Positions 15,015 through 31,081 of a stretch of 64,000 bases of DNA are shown here, piece after piece; position 1 is the first letter of the stretch, and each line of letters begins with the position of its first letter. Where the stretch lies: assembly GCF_009914755.1 (NCBI RefSeq), contig NC_060942.1. One strand, 5' to 3'. The notes below the pieces were generated by a model. The model had not been told where the DNA came from. It did no database searches and worked only from the letters and a program-made list of their open reading frames with translations. A program made the translations under genes and the position numbers. The stretch is from the human T2T-CHM13v2.0 reference genome, Homo sapiens.

Positions 15015-15593
15015 TGTCACTCAAAAGACCACCAGGATGGCTAGATAGTAGAAAGGAGTACTTTAATGTTGAGATTGGCTTGCAAGCTGGGAAGAGAAAG
15101 TTTCCATCTTGGAAGGTGGTCTCTCTCTCAAGAGGAGGAGCACAAGTTGGATTTTATGCCTCACAGGGCTGGTGTCATACAGATTTAGCAGGTTTAGGGG
15201 GAAGCTATGCATATTTGTGAGAGGAGCCATACACATGTGCAATGGGTAAACATATATGTAACATACACCCCATGTTCACTTTGGGGCAGAGTTTTAGTAT
15301 TAAAATGAGGTGGAAAAAGGTAAACTAGAGGACACAAAGACCATTTGTGTGCAGCCTCTATACACTGGCTGAAACTGGTGTGAGGTCTGCAATCGTTTCT
15401 CAGATAAGTATGTGGTAAGGCCAGTCCTCTGTCCCATCAGAGTTGTAAATCAGCCTGATGGCTCATATTGTTAGGGAGTTTATAAGAGTGTGATTTTTCT
15501 TATAGTTGTAAGAATTTAGAAATTGGCCAGGCCAGCTGGGCCTTTATTTAACCTTAGGGCCCATCTTAGTTGATAAGGGCCTCTCAGATAACA
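15015..15593 (-). mobile_element. ERV1 solo LTR (MER4 group, MER66-like; subfamily uncertain)
   Basis: TG...CA termini, 4-bp TSD cctt (15011-14, 15594-97); homologous to 32791-33447. Confidence 0.8.
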
Positions 15594-15643
15594 CCTTACT
15601 CTGTCTAAACAGAAAAAAAAAAACCCACATGTCTTTGTAAGTA

Positions 15644-16110
15644 TGGTGGATCAATGTAATTAATGGTCTCAATTAGTGATCTCCCTTTTCCATACCCCTT
15701 TGCATTTCTTCCCGTCATGAGGCAGGAATCAGGGAGGCCCTTATATCTTACTTAGGCCAGTAGAAAGGGCAAAGTGATGGTGTGCCAGTTCCCAGCTTAG
15801 GCTCCCAAGGCCTTATTTATTCCTATTTATGCCATGATTCTATGTGATCGCCAGAAGAATAAGCTTGCCTGCTGGGGAATGGGACACAGCCAGTTGTTCC
15901 ATTTAAGGCCCTAGTATGAGAGATCACACAGTGCTCAGCCAGCCCACCAGCTGACCATCTGTGGTCAGCATAAATGAAGGAGCCCAGAAAGATTAGCTGA
16001 GCTGGCTCAGATCCACAGAACCATCCAGCCAATCTAAATACTCCTGGGAAATAATAGATTATAGTGTTAAACCTCCAAGTGTTTTAAGTGTTTTTTAATG
16101 CAGTAATATT
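15644..16110 (+). mobile_element. MLT1 (MaLR) LTR
   Basis: Degenerate MLT1 features: ggccagtagaaagggcaaagtgatggtgtgccagttccca and a 3' aaataa...gttaaacctccaagt. Confidence 0.65.
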
Positions 16111-16240
16111 TAGGTGAGACAATAGGTTTATTGATTATTACATTAAAATAACGTTATTTTAATGGGATGTCTTTTTATACAGCCATATTTAGGAGAGACA
16201 ATACATTTATTTATTATTACATTAAAATAATGTTGTTTCT

Positions 16241-16379
16241 GGCCAGGCGCAGCAGCTCACACCTGGAATCCCAGCACTTTGGGAAACCAATGGTGGGAGG
16301 ATCCTTGAGCCCAGGAGTTTGAGACCAGACTGGTCAACACAGCACAACCTGATCTCTACAAAAATAAAATAAACTTTAA
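16241..16379 (+). mobile_element. FLAM
   Basis: Left monomer; TSD aaaataatgttgtttct / aaaataacattatttct. Confidence 0.88.
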
Positions 16380-16849
16380 AAATAACATTATTTCTTTTCT
16401 CCTGAAGTAAAATGATTACCGAACTAGGTGCTTTGCTCCCCTAAAACTCGAATGTTGTGTAAGTTCAGCATTTGTGATTTCAGGGACAAAGTCACAAGAA
16501 GCAAATGCAGCTATGTTTTATACGAATGTGAGACAGTATACAGCGTTGGCCCATTAATGTTTCTCTTATGTTCTCCCTAACTAGCCATACTCTCCTTCCT
16601 ATTAATTCTTCCCACTCAGTTTACACAGATATGCAAGTGTTTTCCACCCTGACTGACAGCAACAGAAGAGGTCCTTTGACTTTGTTTCTGTCTTCCCTAT
16701 TCCTCCTTTAATTACCAGAACCCTATAGAAATCTATCTATCTTGGACACTTAACGCTTTAACTCCCTGCAGTCTGACATCTGCTCCCTGCACTCTACTGA
16801 AACAGCTCTCTGAAAGGTCATAAATGGCCCTTGAATTGTCCAAATTTAT

Positions 16850-17262
<413 letters not shown>

Positions 17263-18293
17263 TAGGAAAAAAGACAACTTTCTCAGGCAGAGTCAGAAGT
17301 CTTTCCCACACTACAAAGTCAGGAAGCTCAGCCTGGCATCCCTGCACAGCAATGGGGCCAAGGTCACCCTCCCTCACTCCAGGTGCTCCCTTTTCTTGGT
17401 CCTTTTCATGCTGTCCTCTCTGTTTCTCTGTATGCTGTCTTTCTCTGCCTCAGCAGGTACCATGGCCATGCCCAGCCATCCCAGGCCCGGTTTAATCACC
17501 TCACAGACTGATTTGCTTCACTGAATTCCAGTTTCTCATTCTTGGGAAGGATTAGAGGACCCAGCTTGACTCAGATGTCTACTATTAATCCATAAATGGG
17601 CAGAGACACACATTCAGAATGTCACAGATGCCCACGCCTGGTATAAATAGAATACAGAATGGTAGGCATCCCCAAATGTGCCTCCAGCATCTTGCCTAGT
17701 TCCCACTAGTGGAGCAGTCCCAGCTGTACTCCCCACCTTCGTCTCTGACCACATCTCAGTCTGCCTCACCAACCTCCTCCTCTTCCATTTATCCTCAACA
17801 ACTGGCTGAGAACATTCTATTCCTTCTAAATCTGGGCTCTTTTCCTGAGCTTTCAGTTCCATTGATAATGACATTAACTGTTTGGTTTATTGTTGTCGTT
17901 GTTTTACTCCAAAATCTATATATCTTACCCTGACATTCTCTGCAGTTGCACACTCAAATTTCCATCCTGCTGCCTGCTAATTCTGCATGAATTTTTCACC
18001 ACATTCGACATATCCAAATCCTCCTTCATTTTTTTCTCTCTGATCCTTTTATTTCTTTCCTCCTCCTCCTCCCCCTGCCCTTATTTAAGACCACCATCAT
18101 CCCAGCCATTACCTTTTCCCTGATCCCTGCAGGTTCACTGTATTGCTAACTGTTATTGACACTTTTCTACATTATCATTTTCTCCCCACTCCACTTTATT
18201 TAAAAAAAATTCTGCCCTCCTCTCCCATTACCTACATCAAGACCTGATCATATCTCTCCAGAGCTATATTAGCACTCCTGACATACAGTTGGG

Positions 18294-18610
18294 CTTTTTT
18301 GTTTTGTTTGTTTGTTGTTTGTTTGTTTGGTTGGTGTTGAGATGGAGTCTCACTGTCACCCAGGCTGGAGCCAGCTCAGCTTACTGCACCTTTGCCTCCC
18401 GGGTTCAAGCGATTCTCATGCCTCAGCCTCCCAAGTAGCTGGGATTACAGGCCCGCGCCAACATGCCCGGCTAATTTTTTTTGTATTTTTAGTAGAGACA
18501 GGGTTTCACCATGTTGGCCAGGCTGGTCTCGAACTCCTTACCTCAGGTGATTCACTTTCCCCAGCCTCCCAAAGTGCTGGAATTACAGTTGTGAGCCACC
18601 GCGCCCGGCC
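18294..18610 (-). mobile_element. AluS
   Basis: TSD tgacata(c/a)agtt at 18279-18290 and 18611-18622. Confidence 0.93.
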
Positions 18611-19123
18611 TGACATAAAGTTTTGTGTGAACATTTTTACCTTGGACACCCACATAACTAATTTTGTTTCAGAATGGATTAGAGAAGAATTCAACTGGTA
18701 GAAGTAATTAAAAACAAATTTCATTCTTTTATCTGTGGAAGAACAGTTGAAGAGATTCAAATAGTTCATCTACACCAGCCCTTCGAACCAGCTGAAACAC
18801 TCCTCTCTCCCTCCCTCTTTTCTCTTCTATCCTCTCTTTCCCACGTCAGCACTTGCCATGGATATCAACTAACCCCTCAAGAAATCTCAGCCTGTGCTTT
18901 TTACCTCCAGCCTGTCCCTTTCAGTATCCCTCCCTCCACCCTCTTGATCTTGTACTACAAACACCCAAAGAACAGCAACGTCAGGGGCAAAACTTCCCTT
19001 CCTGGGTAGGTGGGGTTGGGCAGGAAATAGAAAGAATGGAGCTGATCTGGCAGGAGCAAGGGTGCAGGCTGTGAGCTTTACACATGAAATATTTCAGCCA
19101 CCACATTTGTCTTGGTGCTTACA

Positions 19124-19753
<630 letters not shown>

Positions 19754-19774
19754 AAATCTCTAATATTTTAAAAC

Positions 19775-20060
19775 CTTAGTGTATTAGAACCTCTGGCGCC
19801 CATTGAATAGTAGGGAATTGTAGGCGGCCTTATTTTGCTCCTGACTTTAATGGGAATGTGTTAAAGTTACCATGTTTACTACAGGCTCTGGTAAAGACCC
19901 TTTTTCAGGTTAAGGAAGTTCCATTACCTCTTGTTACTGTTTTGAGGTTTTTATGGTTTTTGTTTTTACATAAACACGTTTGGATATTATCAGATGCTCT
20001 TTCAACTTCTGTTGAGACAAGTCACTTTCTTTTTCCTTTCATAATGACTTGTTTCATAGA
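19775..20060 (-). mobile_element. old L1M ORF2 fragment
   Basis: ttgaatagtaggg...ttgctcctgactttaatggga...tggatattatcagatgctctttc. Confidence 0.6.
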
Positions 20061-20654
20061 GTTTATTTCTTTATTTCTGGGATAATCCTAAACATACTTG
20101 TTTAAAAGTCATTTTGATATTCTTCTCTTATTTTTGCTTTATTGCTCTGTATTTGTCTTCCCATTTTGATTTGCTGACTGTTGTTTGTTTTTCCTCAGTG
20201 TTTATAGTCCTGGGGCCTTGGAGTGAGCTGTTTTCTCTCTCCCGCTCCCCTCCTCTCCCTCTTCCGCCTTCTCCTGGCCCTTGCCTTCTGGTCCAGCTTC
20301 AGGCCTTGTATTGGCAGCTCTGGCCTTCCATTCTACCATGAGACTGAGAGTTCTGCAGATACAGTCGCCAAGACAGTGAGGAACTTGGCCCAGGCCCTGT
20401 ACCTTTCTCTTTCTGGGTGCAAAGCAAGAATACCACTTTATATCAGCGGTACTCCCTGGCAGCAAAAGTTGCTACTTTCAGGCTCTTTTCAGAGATTAGA
20501 GAGCAACACCCAAAGTCCAGTTTTAGATATTGAGCCTGGCTCCAGTCCTTCATCATCGTGAAATACTCTTTGGCAGGAATGGAACTGCCACTCACCTCGG
20601 ATATTTCAAAACCTAGAAACTGCTGGGAGCATAGTTTTAGCCCCTGCATTCCAC

Positions 20655-20753
20655 TGTGTGTGTGTGTGTGCGCGCGCGCGCGTGTGTGTGTGTGCGCGCG
20701 TGTGTGTGTGCGCGTGTGTGTGTGTGTGTGTGTGCGTGTGTCTGTGTGTGTGT
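20655..20753. repeat. compound (TG)n/(CG)n microsatellite
   Basis: Direct reading. Confidence 0.97.
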
Positions 20754-21569
20754 TTCTAGGACATGGAGAAGACCACCTTACCATTTTAATTTGTTTCAGC
20801 GTGAGATGTTTAGATCAGGGTGGGTGCTTCAAAGACGAGCTCAGTGAGTTTTCTTTTGGTTTTATCCCTCTTTCAGCACTTTGCATAGTTCTTTGAATGT
20901 AAGTCTCCAACAAAGTTTCTGGAATTGAACCCATTTCATAATCAACTGGAAACTGAGTACAGTCTCATCACAAGTATACTGTGGAGGAAGTTCATTCATC
21001 AATACCACTTTGATCTAGATGAATTAATCCTTTCTGTGTGAAGGATTTCAAGATTCAGTCCCTGTTCACATGCATAGAGTGGCTCTAAAGAAAGGTAGGC
21101 ACGTTCAGACAGTTACTAGGACAGACGTTACCACACACTCAATAAACAATCGGAAATAACAAGGATGATATAAGAAGAGCGGCTTCCTCTACAATTCAAC
21201 TCTAAGGAATCAATTTAATATTTCTTACATATGCTTTCGTTATTATATCTTTATACTTTCTCTGCCTGCCTTCACTTATCATTGCTATGGTGAAAGGTAT
21301 GCAAGTAACTAGCCTATTTATCTGAACTCATAGTCTCCTTTTTAATCAAAATTTCCTTTACCAAGCTTCCTTCCAGAGGTCATAACTCCCACATCTCAGT
21401 CTAGTAAATTACCTTCACCTCCCTTCTACCTTTTATTTCTTTTGCTTTTAGATTTTGTCTCTGTTAAGTGCCAACTCTTTTGTCTCTGGCTGTAGAGTGT
21501 CCCAGAAGCTATTATGTAGAGCTCTAGACATGTAACTTGATAATCTCCACCTTTTAAAACAAAGTCTGA

Positions 21570-21876
<307 letters not shown>

Positions 21877-22619
21877 TGATTGCCCTTTTCGAATCTTAAA
21901 TTATCTTACCTTGGGTTCCAACTCAATGCATACATCTCCATACTCACATCGGTTTTTTATTACAGCCCTCCAATCTGGAGGATATTCTTCTGCTTTCATC
22001 TTTCTTCAATCTGATTTAAACCTGAAAATGAACCACCACCAAAGTAAACAGCAAACAGAAATCCAAATGTGGGACTCTTATTTTATCACTAACAGTCTTA
22101 ATAATCAACATAAATTTTTCATGTAAACAAGTACTAATAAGCCAGAATACCTTGCACTGATTCGTGTTCATTGAATTGCTCCATTGTCTACTTAGCATGT
22201 AGATAAGGTCTTACACTATAGTTATATTTTGCTATACTCAGACTATGTTCTAATCAGATTTTTAAGATTTTTGTGCAATAATCTTCTTCACAGAGGCTCT
22301 GTCAACATTTATTCAGATGCTTCTTCTTTATCATCTTTAAATTAAACTCTGAGGGAAATTTTTAAGTAGCAAACTATTCAAATTGAAATTGTCTAATGTT
22401 GGCCCTTGATCGTATTGTCAATGCCCCTTTAGCACTTTCTTCTAAATGCTTCACTCAACCTTCACATCAGCTCTCATCATGCTATTAGCATCATTTTTCT
22501 TATTTTTAAAATGGAAAAAAAATTATTATTTATATTTTCTACAATATTATTAATTAGGTTTCACTGATTTTCTACACTATTATTAATTAGGTTTCACTGA
22601 TTTCTGACAATCCAACCTT

Positions 22620-22874
22620 TTTTTTTTTTTAATTTTAGAGACGATTCTTCTCTGTTGCCCAGGCTGGAGTGTGGCACAATCATAGCTCAACTCCTGGGCT
22701 CAAACAACCCTCCTGCCTCAGCCTCCTAAGTAGGTGGGACCACAGGTGCTTGTCACCATGGTTGGCTAATTTTAAATTTTTTACAGAGACCGGGGTCTCA
22801 CTATGTTGGCCAGGCCAATCTCAAACTTGTGGCTTCAAGTAATCCTTCTGCCTTGACCTCCCACTGTGCCTGGT
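22620..22874 (-). mobile_element. AluJ with internal deletions
   Basis: Perfect TSD caatccaacctt at 22608-22619 and 22875-22886. Confidence 0.92.
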
Positions 22875-24707
22875 CAATCCAACCTTGAGAATGTCCTGTT
22901 TTCAATAACCAGCTATTTGTTGGCAAAATACTTAGTGGCATCTTTTTAAAATTTTTGTAGGTCAACAGTGTAATATTATGAGGCAAACGTTAATACTATG
23001 TATTATTTTTCCCTAAGTGTAAGTTCAACTCAACATTTGGAAAACAATTTACAAAACTGTGTCCAAACTATTTTCTAATAATAAGTATAAACATTCTTTC
23101 CCTTGGAAAAGATTTACTGGTTTCATTTTCTTCTCGGGAAAGGAAAAAAGGCTTAAGTGCAAAAACAATCTTATGAGCAAAGTCCTTTCATGACTAATGT
23201 TCTCATTCAAATCCTCCCACTCTTGTGCCATGCTTCTCAAATCGGAGGGTTGTTCCCCCCAGGAACGGGCTTCCATGTGCCGAAAGTATATAAACTCTTG
23301 AGCATCTTCATGAAATACTGTTATTCTCTAGCTTTGTCAGGAGGGAGACTAAAATTATTTAGCCGATGATCTAAAGCATTATTTTTATATTAAAATAAAC
23401 ATGGATATATTACGGAGTGGAGGCAAAATATGCCTGGATTTTTAAGATAAAACTGGAAGCTTCAAAAATAATTTTGTTCTTCTGGAAAAATTATGTTTTA
23501 CATCTTGTCTATCTCTAGAAAGCTAATTTTATTATTCTAATATTGTCCTTCTGTTAGAATTTTGCCTCCTCTATAATTTCATTCATGCAGTCATTTATAA
23601 CAGACGAGTTGTAGCTGGTGGATGAAGCCAGATTGTCCGTGGGCTATTTGCTCCTTTGACTCATGTATTTTGATTGAGGTGGAAGATTAACATCTGCTAT
23701 GATACAGAATGACCCATGGTGCTGTTCATGAAATACAGATTTGTGGCTCCAGGTGACATGATTTTTATAAAGTGTTCAAGTTGGTCTTATATGAATGGAT
23801 TTAATATTTTATTGTATAGTGCCATATTCTTTCCAAAATAAGAAAGATGATAGAAAACTGTTAGTGTTGTAAAAATTTTAACATGTGGAAAAAATATGTT
23901 TCCCCAGTTTGTCATCTGGTCACCTGTTTGGAGAATGAGAAATGTCAGAATACAGAAGGGAAGTGCTTACTAACCACACCAGGTGGGCTCAGATCTGTCT
24001 GTTTATTCATAAAATCGTTACGCTGCTGCGAAAAGCTCTGTCGTCTTGTTTTATTGAAGAATATATGTCAACTTTGGCAAAATTAAAGAAATGAATAAGA
24101 ATCTAATGAATCCTATTCAGTTTATGTATTTCCCACCAAATTTTCTTCTTATCTTTGCCAAATATTGTTGTTTTCACATAGTGAAAGGAAATCAAGAAAT
24201 GCTGTGTGCTGCTTTTCCAAATTAATTTTAATTTATATTTCCATATATCAACATGGTTTTCAAAGTTGACATTTTTATAACTCAGCTTGACAAAATTAAT
24301 TTTATTTCATATTTTTATGCATCAGCATGAACCTCACAGTTGACATTTTTATAGCTCTGCAGTAAACTTCTGTTGTAATATGACTTTTTGCTTGCCATCT
24401 CCTATTCTTAGTCATTTGGGTTTTTCCCTGCTGCGTTTTTGTTTTTGCAATCATAAATAGCATTACTATAAATATTTTTAAGTAAATAACTTCTAAATAT
24501 GTTTATTTCCTTGGAGAATGTTCCAGAGAGTAAGATTATTGTGCCAAATCATACCCAGTAATTTCATAGCTCATCACATTTTTTTCCCAGAACAACTAAA
24601 ATAATTGGCAATGTGATCAAAAACATTTAAAATTTGTCATTCTCAGGTACAACAGCACTGATATTTTATAATTCCTATTTATTTAGTAGATAAGTATAAA
24701 ATAGTGT

Positions 24708-24851
24708 TTTTTATTTTTTACTTTTTATTTTGTAGAGACAGGGCCTTGCTTTGTTGTCAAGCTGGTTTTGAGAACTTCTGGCTTCAAGCAATCCTCCCAC
24801 CCAGACCTCCCAAAGTGCTGGGATTACAGGTGTAAAGCACAGAGCACGGCC
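24708..24851 (-). mobile_element. FLAM
   Basis: Left monomer; TSD taaaatagt on both sides. Confidence 0.88.
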
Positions 24852-25147
24852 TAAAATAGTATCTTAATATTATTAGAAACACTTATTAAATAAATATGCA
24901 TTATTCTGTGTGATTTCTTATCTGTAGTTCCATGTTATCGAATGATCCATTAATTTCTTTTACCCAATTATCAAATGGAATGTGATACATTTGTATCAAT
25001 TAGTTGCATATTTTAGAAAGCAAGCTTTTTAAAGAGCATCAGATACATCGAGCACACTGAAATGTATACAAAATAATATAATATATATCCTGAAAACATT
25101 ATATAGATAAATAAATTTAGCATTTTTTCATATTTATTTGTTTCTGC

Positions 25148-25275
25148 TTTTTTTTAATAGAGAAGGGGTCTTGCTATGTTGCCCAGGCTGGTCTTCAACT
25201 CTTGGCCTCAAGCAGTCCTCCTGCCTCAGCCTCCCAAAGTGCTGGGATTACAGGTGTGAGCCACCACGTGTGGGC
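25148..25275 (-). mobile_element. FLAM
   Basis: Left monomer. Confidence 0.88.
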
Positions 25276-25299
25276 TTGTTTTGGTTTTTGATAAGCAGA

Positions 25300-27500
<2,201 letters not shown>

Positions 27501-28028
27501 TTTTGTCTTCTCATATATGTCTTCAGAATATTGGAGATAGCCCCTATCTAGTCCTAAAGTCAGTGGCTGGCATAGTTCTGTTCCTGGGTTCCAGGCTGCG
27601 TCTGTTTCCCTGCGTATCTAAGACCATAGCTTGCTAAAATCAACAGGTTAAAGTGATGGACAAGGAACTTTTTCTTCCACCTCCTTTCAGAAGCATGGGA
27701 GCCCTTCCCTAGCCTGCTCTGGTCCCTCTGCATTGAGTGAGCTTCTTAGACTCCCTCCACCTCTGGAAAATGGAACTTCTTGGCCATCACTTCCTGATTC
27801 CAGACCTGGAATATAGCTACTGATTGCCTTCATCCCTGTTCACTGCTCTGAGTTAGTCTTTGGGTTTTTATCCATTGAAGGGTTTTACTTGCTTAGGAAC
27901 CCAGATTTTCCTTCTGGTTTTACATTTTTATTCTTTATTGATTTGTTACTAACTAACCGTTTGAAGCTAAGGGAGTTTTCAAAGAATGAATGTAGTACAT
28001 CATCCTGATGGGAAGTGAAAGAATATTT

Positions 28029-28319
28029 GGCCTGGTGTGGTGGCTCACGCCTGTAATCCCAGCACTTTGGGAGTCTGAGGCGGGTGGATCACAAGGTCAG
28101 GAGTTCAAGACAAGCCTGGCCAAGAGAGTGAAACCCCATCTCTACTAAAAATACAAAAAGTAGCTGGGTGTGGTGGCACACGCCTGTTGTCCCAGCTACT
28201 CAGGAGGCTGAGGCAGGAGAATCACTTGAACCCAGGGGGAGTGGGTTGCAGTGAGCCGAGACTGTACCATTGCACTCCAGCCTGGGCGACACAGTGAGAC
28301 TCCGTCTTAAAAAAATAAT
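28029..28319 (+). mobile_element. AluS (Sg-like)
   Basis: Perfect TSD aaagaatattt at 28018-28028 and 28320-28330. Confidence 0.95.
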
Positions 28320-28574
28320 AAAGAATATTTAAGTTTAAATTGTGACATGAAAATATCGTTTTCCTTCCTATTTGTCACATTTTACTCTATAATTGAATTT
28401 ATCCAATAGGTATATTCACCTTCAATGTTAAGCTCTATTTTTTAATATTCATGGATTTATATACATTTCAGAGACAGAATAAACACATAACTGAATTTTT
28501 ATTTAGGTTATTGGGGATTTGGCTATATTTTTGAGCATACGTGTGTGCATTTCAATAAAGAGAAACTTCTAGTG

Positions 28575-28760
28575 TGTGTATGAGCTTGGGAAAATTACTT
28601 TGTTTCTCTGTACTTCAGTTTCCTTTTCTGTAAAACACATGTGGTAATAATGTCTACTTTTTAGGACTCTTGAGTTTATGTATGTAGATGAGTTAATATA
28701 TTTCGACCACTGAAAACACTGCTAGACACCTTGTAAGTTCTCTACATGTTTATTGTTGTT
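28575..28760 (+). mobile_element. MIR
   Basis: Core motif ttgggaaaattact...ctctgtacttcagtttccttttctgtaaaa. Confidence 0.65.
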
Positions 28761-28921
28761 ATAACTAACTCTACTCGATCTCTTAATTTTGTGTTTTTAG
28801 TCAGGTTAGTCAGGAGTATGAAATCTGTCTCTCTTTGTTCTATTTTTTTATCTTTCTTTCTTTACAAAGATAATCAAATCTCTTTGTTCTTACCTTCCTT
28901 TATTTCCCCATGAGGATTTTA

Positions 28922-29056
28922 CTTTTTTCTTTTTTTAAATAAAGATGGGTTTTTGCCATGTTGCCCAGGCTGGTCTCAAACTCCTGAGCTCGAGTGATTC
29001 TCCTGCCTCAGCCTCCCAAGTGCTAGGATTACAGGTGTGAGCCACCATGCCAGCCC
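28922..29056 (-). mobile_element. FLAM
   Basis: Left monomer; TSD-like gatttYacttt. Confidence 0.88.
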
Positions 29057-30275
29057 AGATTTCACTTTAAAAAAATCTTGCCTTTGTCATGAATGAAATC
29101 ACTTTTATTTTCTAGCTTTCTGTTGCTTGTGTAGAGGAATGCAATATTTTTTTGTGTATTTGTATCCCTGCAACCTTGCTGAACATGTTTGTTCTAAAGA
29201 TTATTTTTACTGCATTTTTTTGAGTTTTGAACTCATATAGCCATGATTTATTAAACTCTTTGGATAGGCACTATACTAAGATTATACACTAAACTCTATT
29301 ATTCAGAAAATAAAACCTCTTTGTCAGTTAGCATTGGGCTCAACTTTAATTGCCAAAATTCCAAAAGGATAGTGGCTGAAACAAGACAGAAGTTTATTTC
29401 TTTCCCATGTAACTGTGGACCAGAGTTGGGCTGTCCAGGTTGTATAATAGCTCCAGGGTTATCAGGGACCAGTCTTCTTCTATCATTTTACTCTGCCATA
29501 CTCAACACATCACTTCTACTTCATGGTCCAAGGCGGGGCTGCTTGGGTGCCAGCTATCACTTCCAGACCAAACCTGTCTCATTGTGCAATGGTTTTATAA
29601 TGAATATTTTTATAACTTATGGCCTAAATAGTTAATAGTAGTCCTTGCCTAAGCACCAAGTTCATGACTAGACATCAATAGATTGCATTCAAATTTGGTT
29701 GTGTGTGTACTTAAAATAAGCATACATTCTTGGAATTCCTACTATAAACCAGGAACTTTCACGGCATTTCCTCATCTCATCTTCACAACAGCTCTTTAGG
29801 GTAAAGATTATTATTGCCACTCTACCAGTGAAGAAGCAGTGCAGAGCTCTTGCCATTTCCGCACCCTCTATGTCAACAGCCACTCACATGTCAAAAGATT
29901 GTTGTGCTGCAGAGCTCATGTGTCCTGACACTGCATCATTTCCACCAGCTCTCCTCCTTGCTCTCTTCAAAGCTTCTTCCTGGTTCCTTCTTTGGCAAAA
30001 AGGTTTTTTCTTCATCTATTGAGCAAAGAGAAAAGGGATTTACTAATTTAGAAAAGATGCATTTTGCTTTCAAACTGATGTTCCTTTGGCTGGAAACATC
30101 CTTTATGGTATTTGAAATCCTTGAACTCTCCCCTCTTGCTGCAAATAGGTTACTGTTATACATTCAAAATCAGTAATCCTCTAGAACTCTGATAACCATT
30201 TCAGAAACCTTGATATCCATCACCATCCCAGGCTCCTTACAGCTTCTCCCCTTTCATTCATACATTTAAGTAGAA

Positions 30276-30364
30276 TCTTTCTTTCTTTCTTTCTTTCTTT
30301 TCCTTCTTTTTTTCTTTCCTTCCTTCCTTCCTTCCTTCCTTCCTTCTTCTTTCTTTCCTTTTTT
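30276..30364. repeat. (TTTC)n/(TTCC)n polypyrimidine microsatellite
   Basis: Direct reading. Confidence 0.95.
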
Positions 30365-30849
30365 GCAAGTCAATTTATGTTCCCTGGGTTACATTATCTG
30401 ATGTGCTAACAATTCTTCCAAAAATAATGATACCGTAATACACAGTCCACTCCTCAATCTTCAGATCTGCATCACTGATTATTTTTGAAAGTGGATGAAA
30501 ACATCAAGTAGCTCAATCTGGTTTACTTTTATGTATGAGAAAAATGGCTCCATTTTGTTTACCATCGACTGTGTTAAAAAAAAAAGTAACATTAAATGCT
30601 GATCATATCCTTTATGGCTTATACAGCCCTGGAATATGTCTTTGAATGGCTGTGAATGACATTGCTGAATTTTATGTCAGTAGAACAATATGACAAAGGA
30701 CACTAGTAAATTGGATTCAGTCCCTGTGTTAGAATTTTTTCCCACTACTCCTTTAGCAGATATATTCACACATACCTTAAACAACACTTCCTCATAAATA
30801 AAATTAGGAATCTGATACAAGAGGCAACAAAGTATAATAACAAGAGGAT

Positions 30850-30975
30850 TCGCCTAGGGAGACAGAAGATCCTGATTTCTGAATGACCTTAGGCAAGTCA
30901 CTTAAATTCTCTGTCCCTCAATTTCTCCTATAAATTAGAAAAAATAAACCATAAGATTTAAAGGCCCTTCTGTAG
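30850..30975 (+). mobile_element. MIR
   Basis: tgaccttaggcaagtcacttaaattctctgtccctcaatttctcc. Confidence 0.7.
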
Positions 30976-31081
30976 ATAAAACTAACTTCTTGAAAAAATA
31001 ACTAACAAATTACATGCATTTTTGAAGAATGAAATAAATATTAGTACAGAAAGTAAACATTACTTCATCATTTTTACTGAT

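Noticed and set aside
20443-20896. ORFs with HT/VC repeats (also 62457-62906 and 26070-26263)
   Set aside because: Translations of TG/CA microsatellite or low-complexity DNA.
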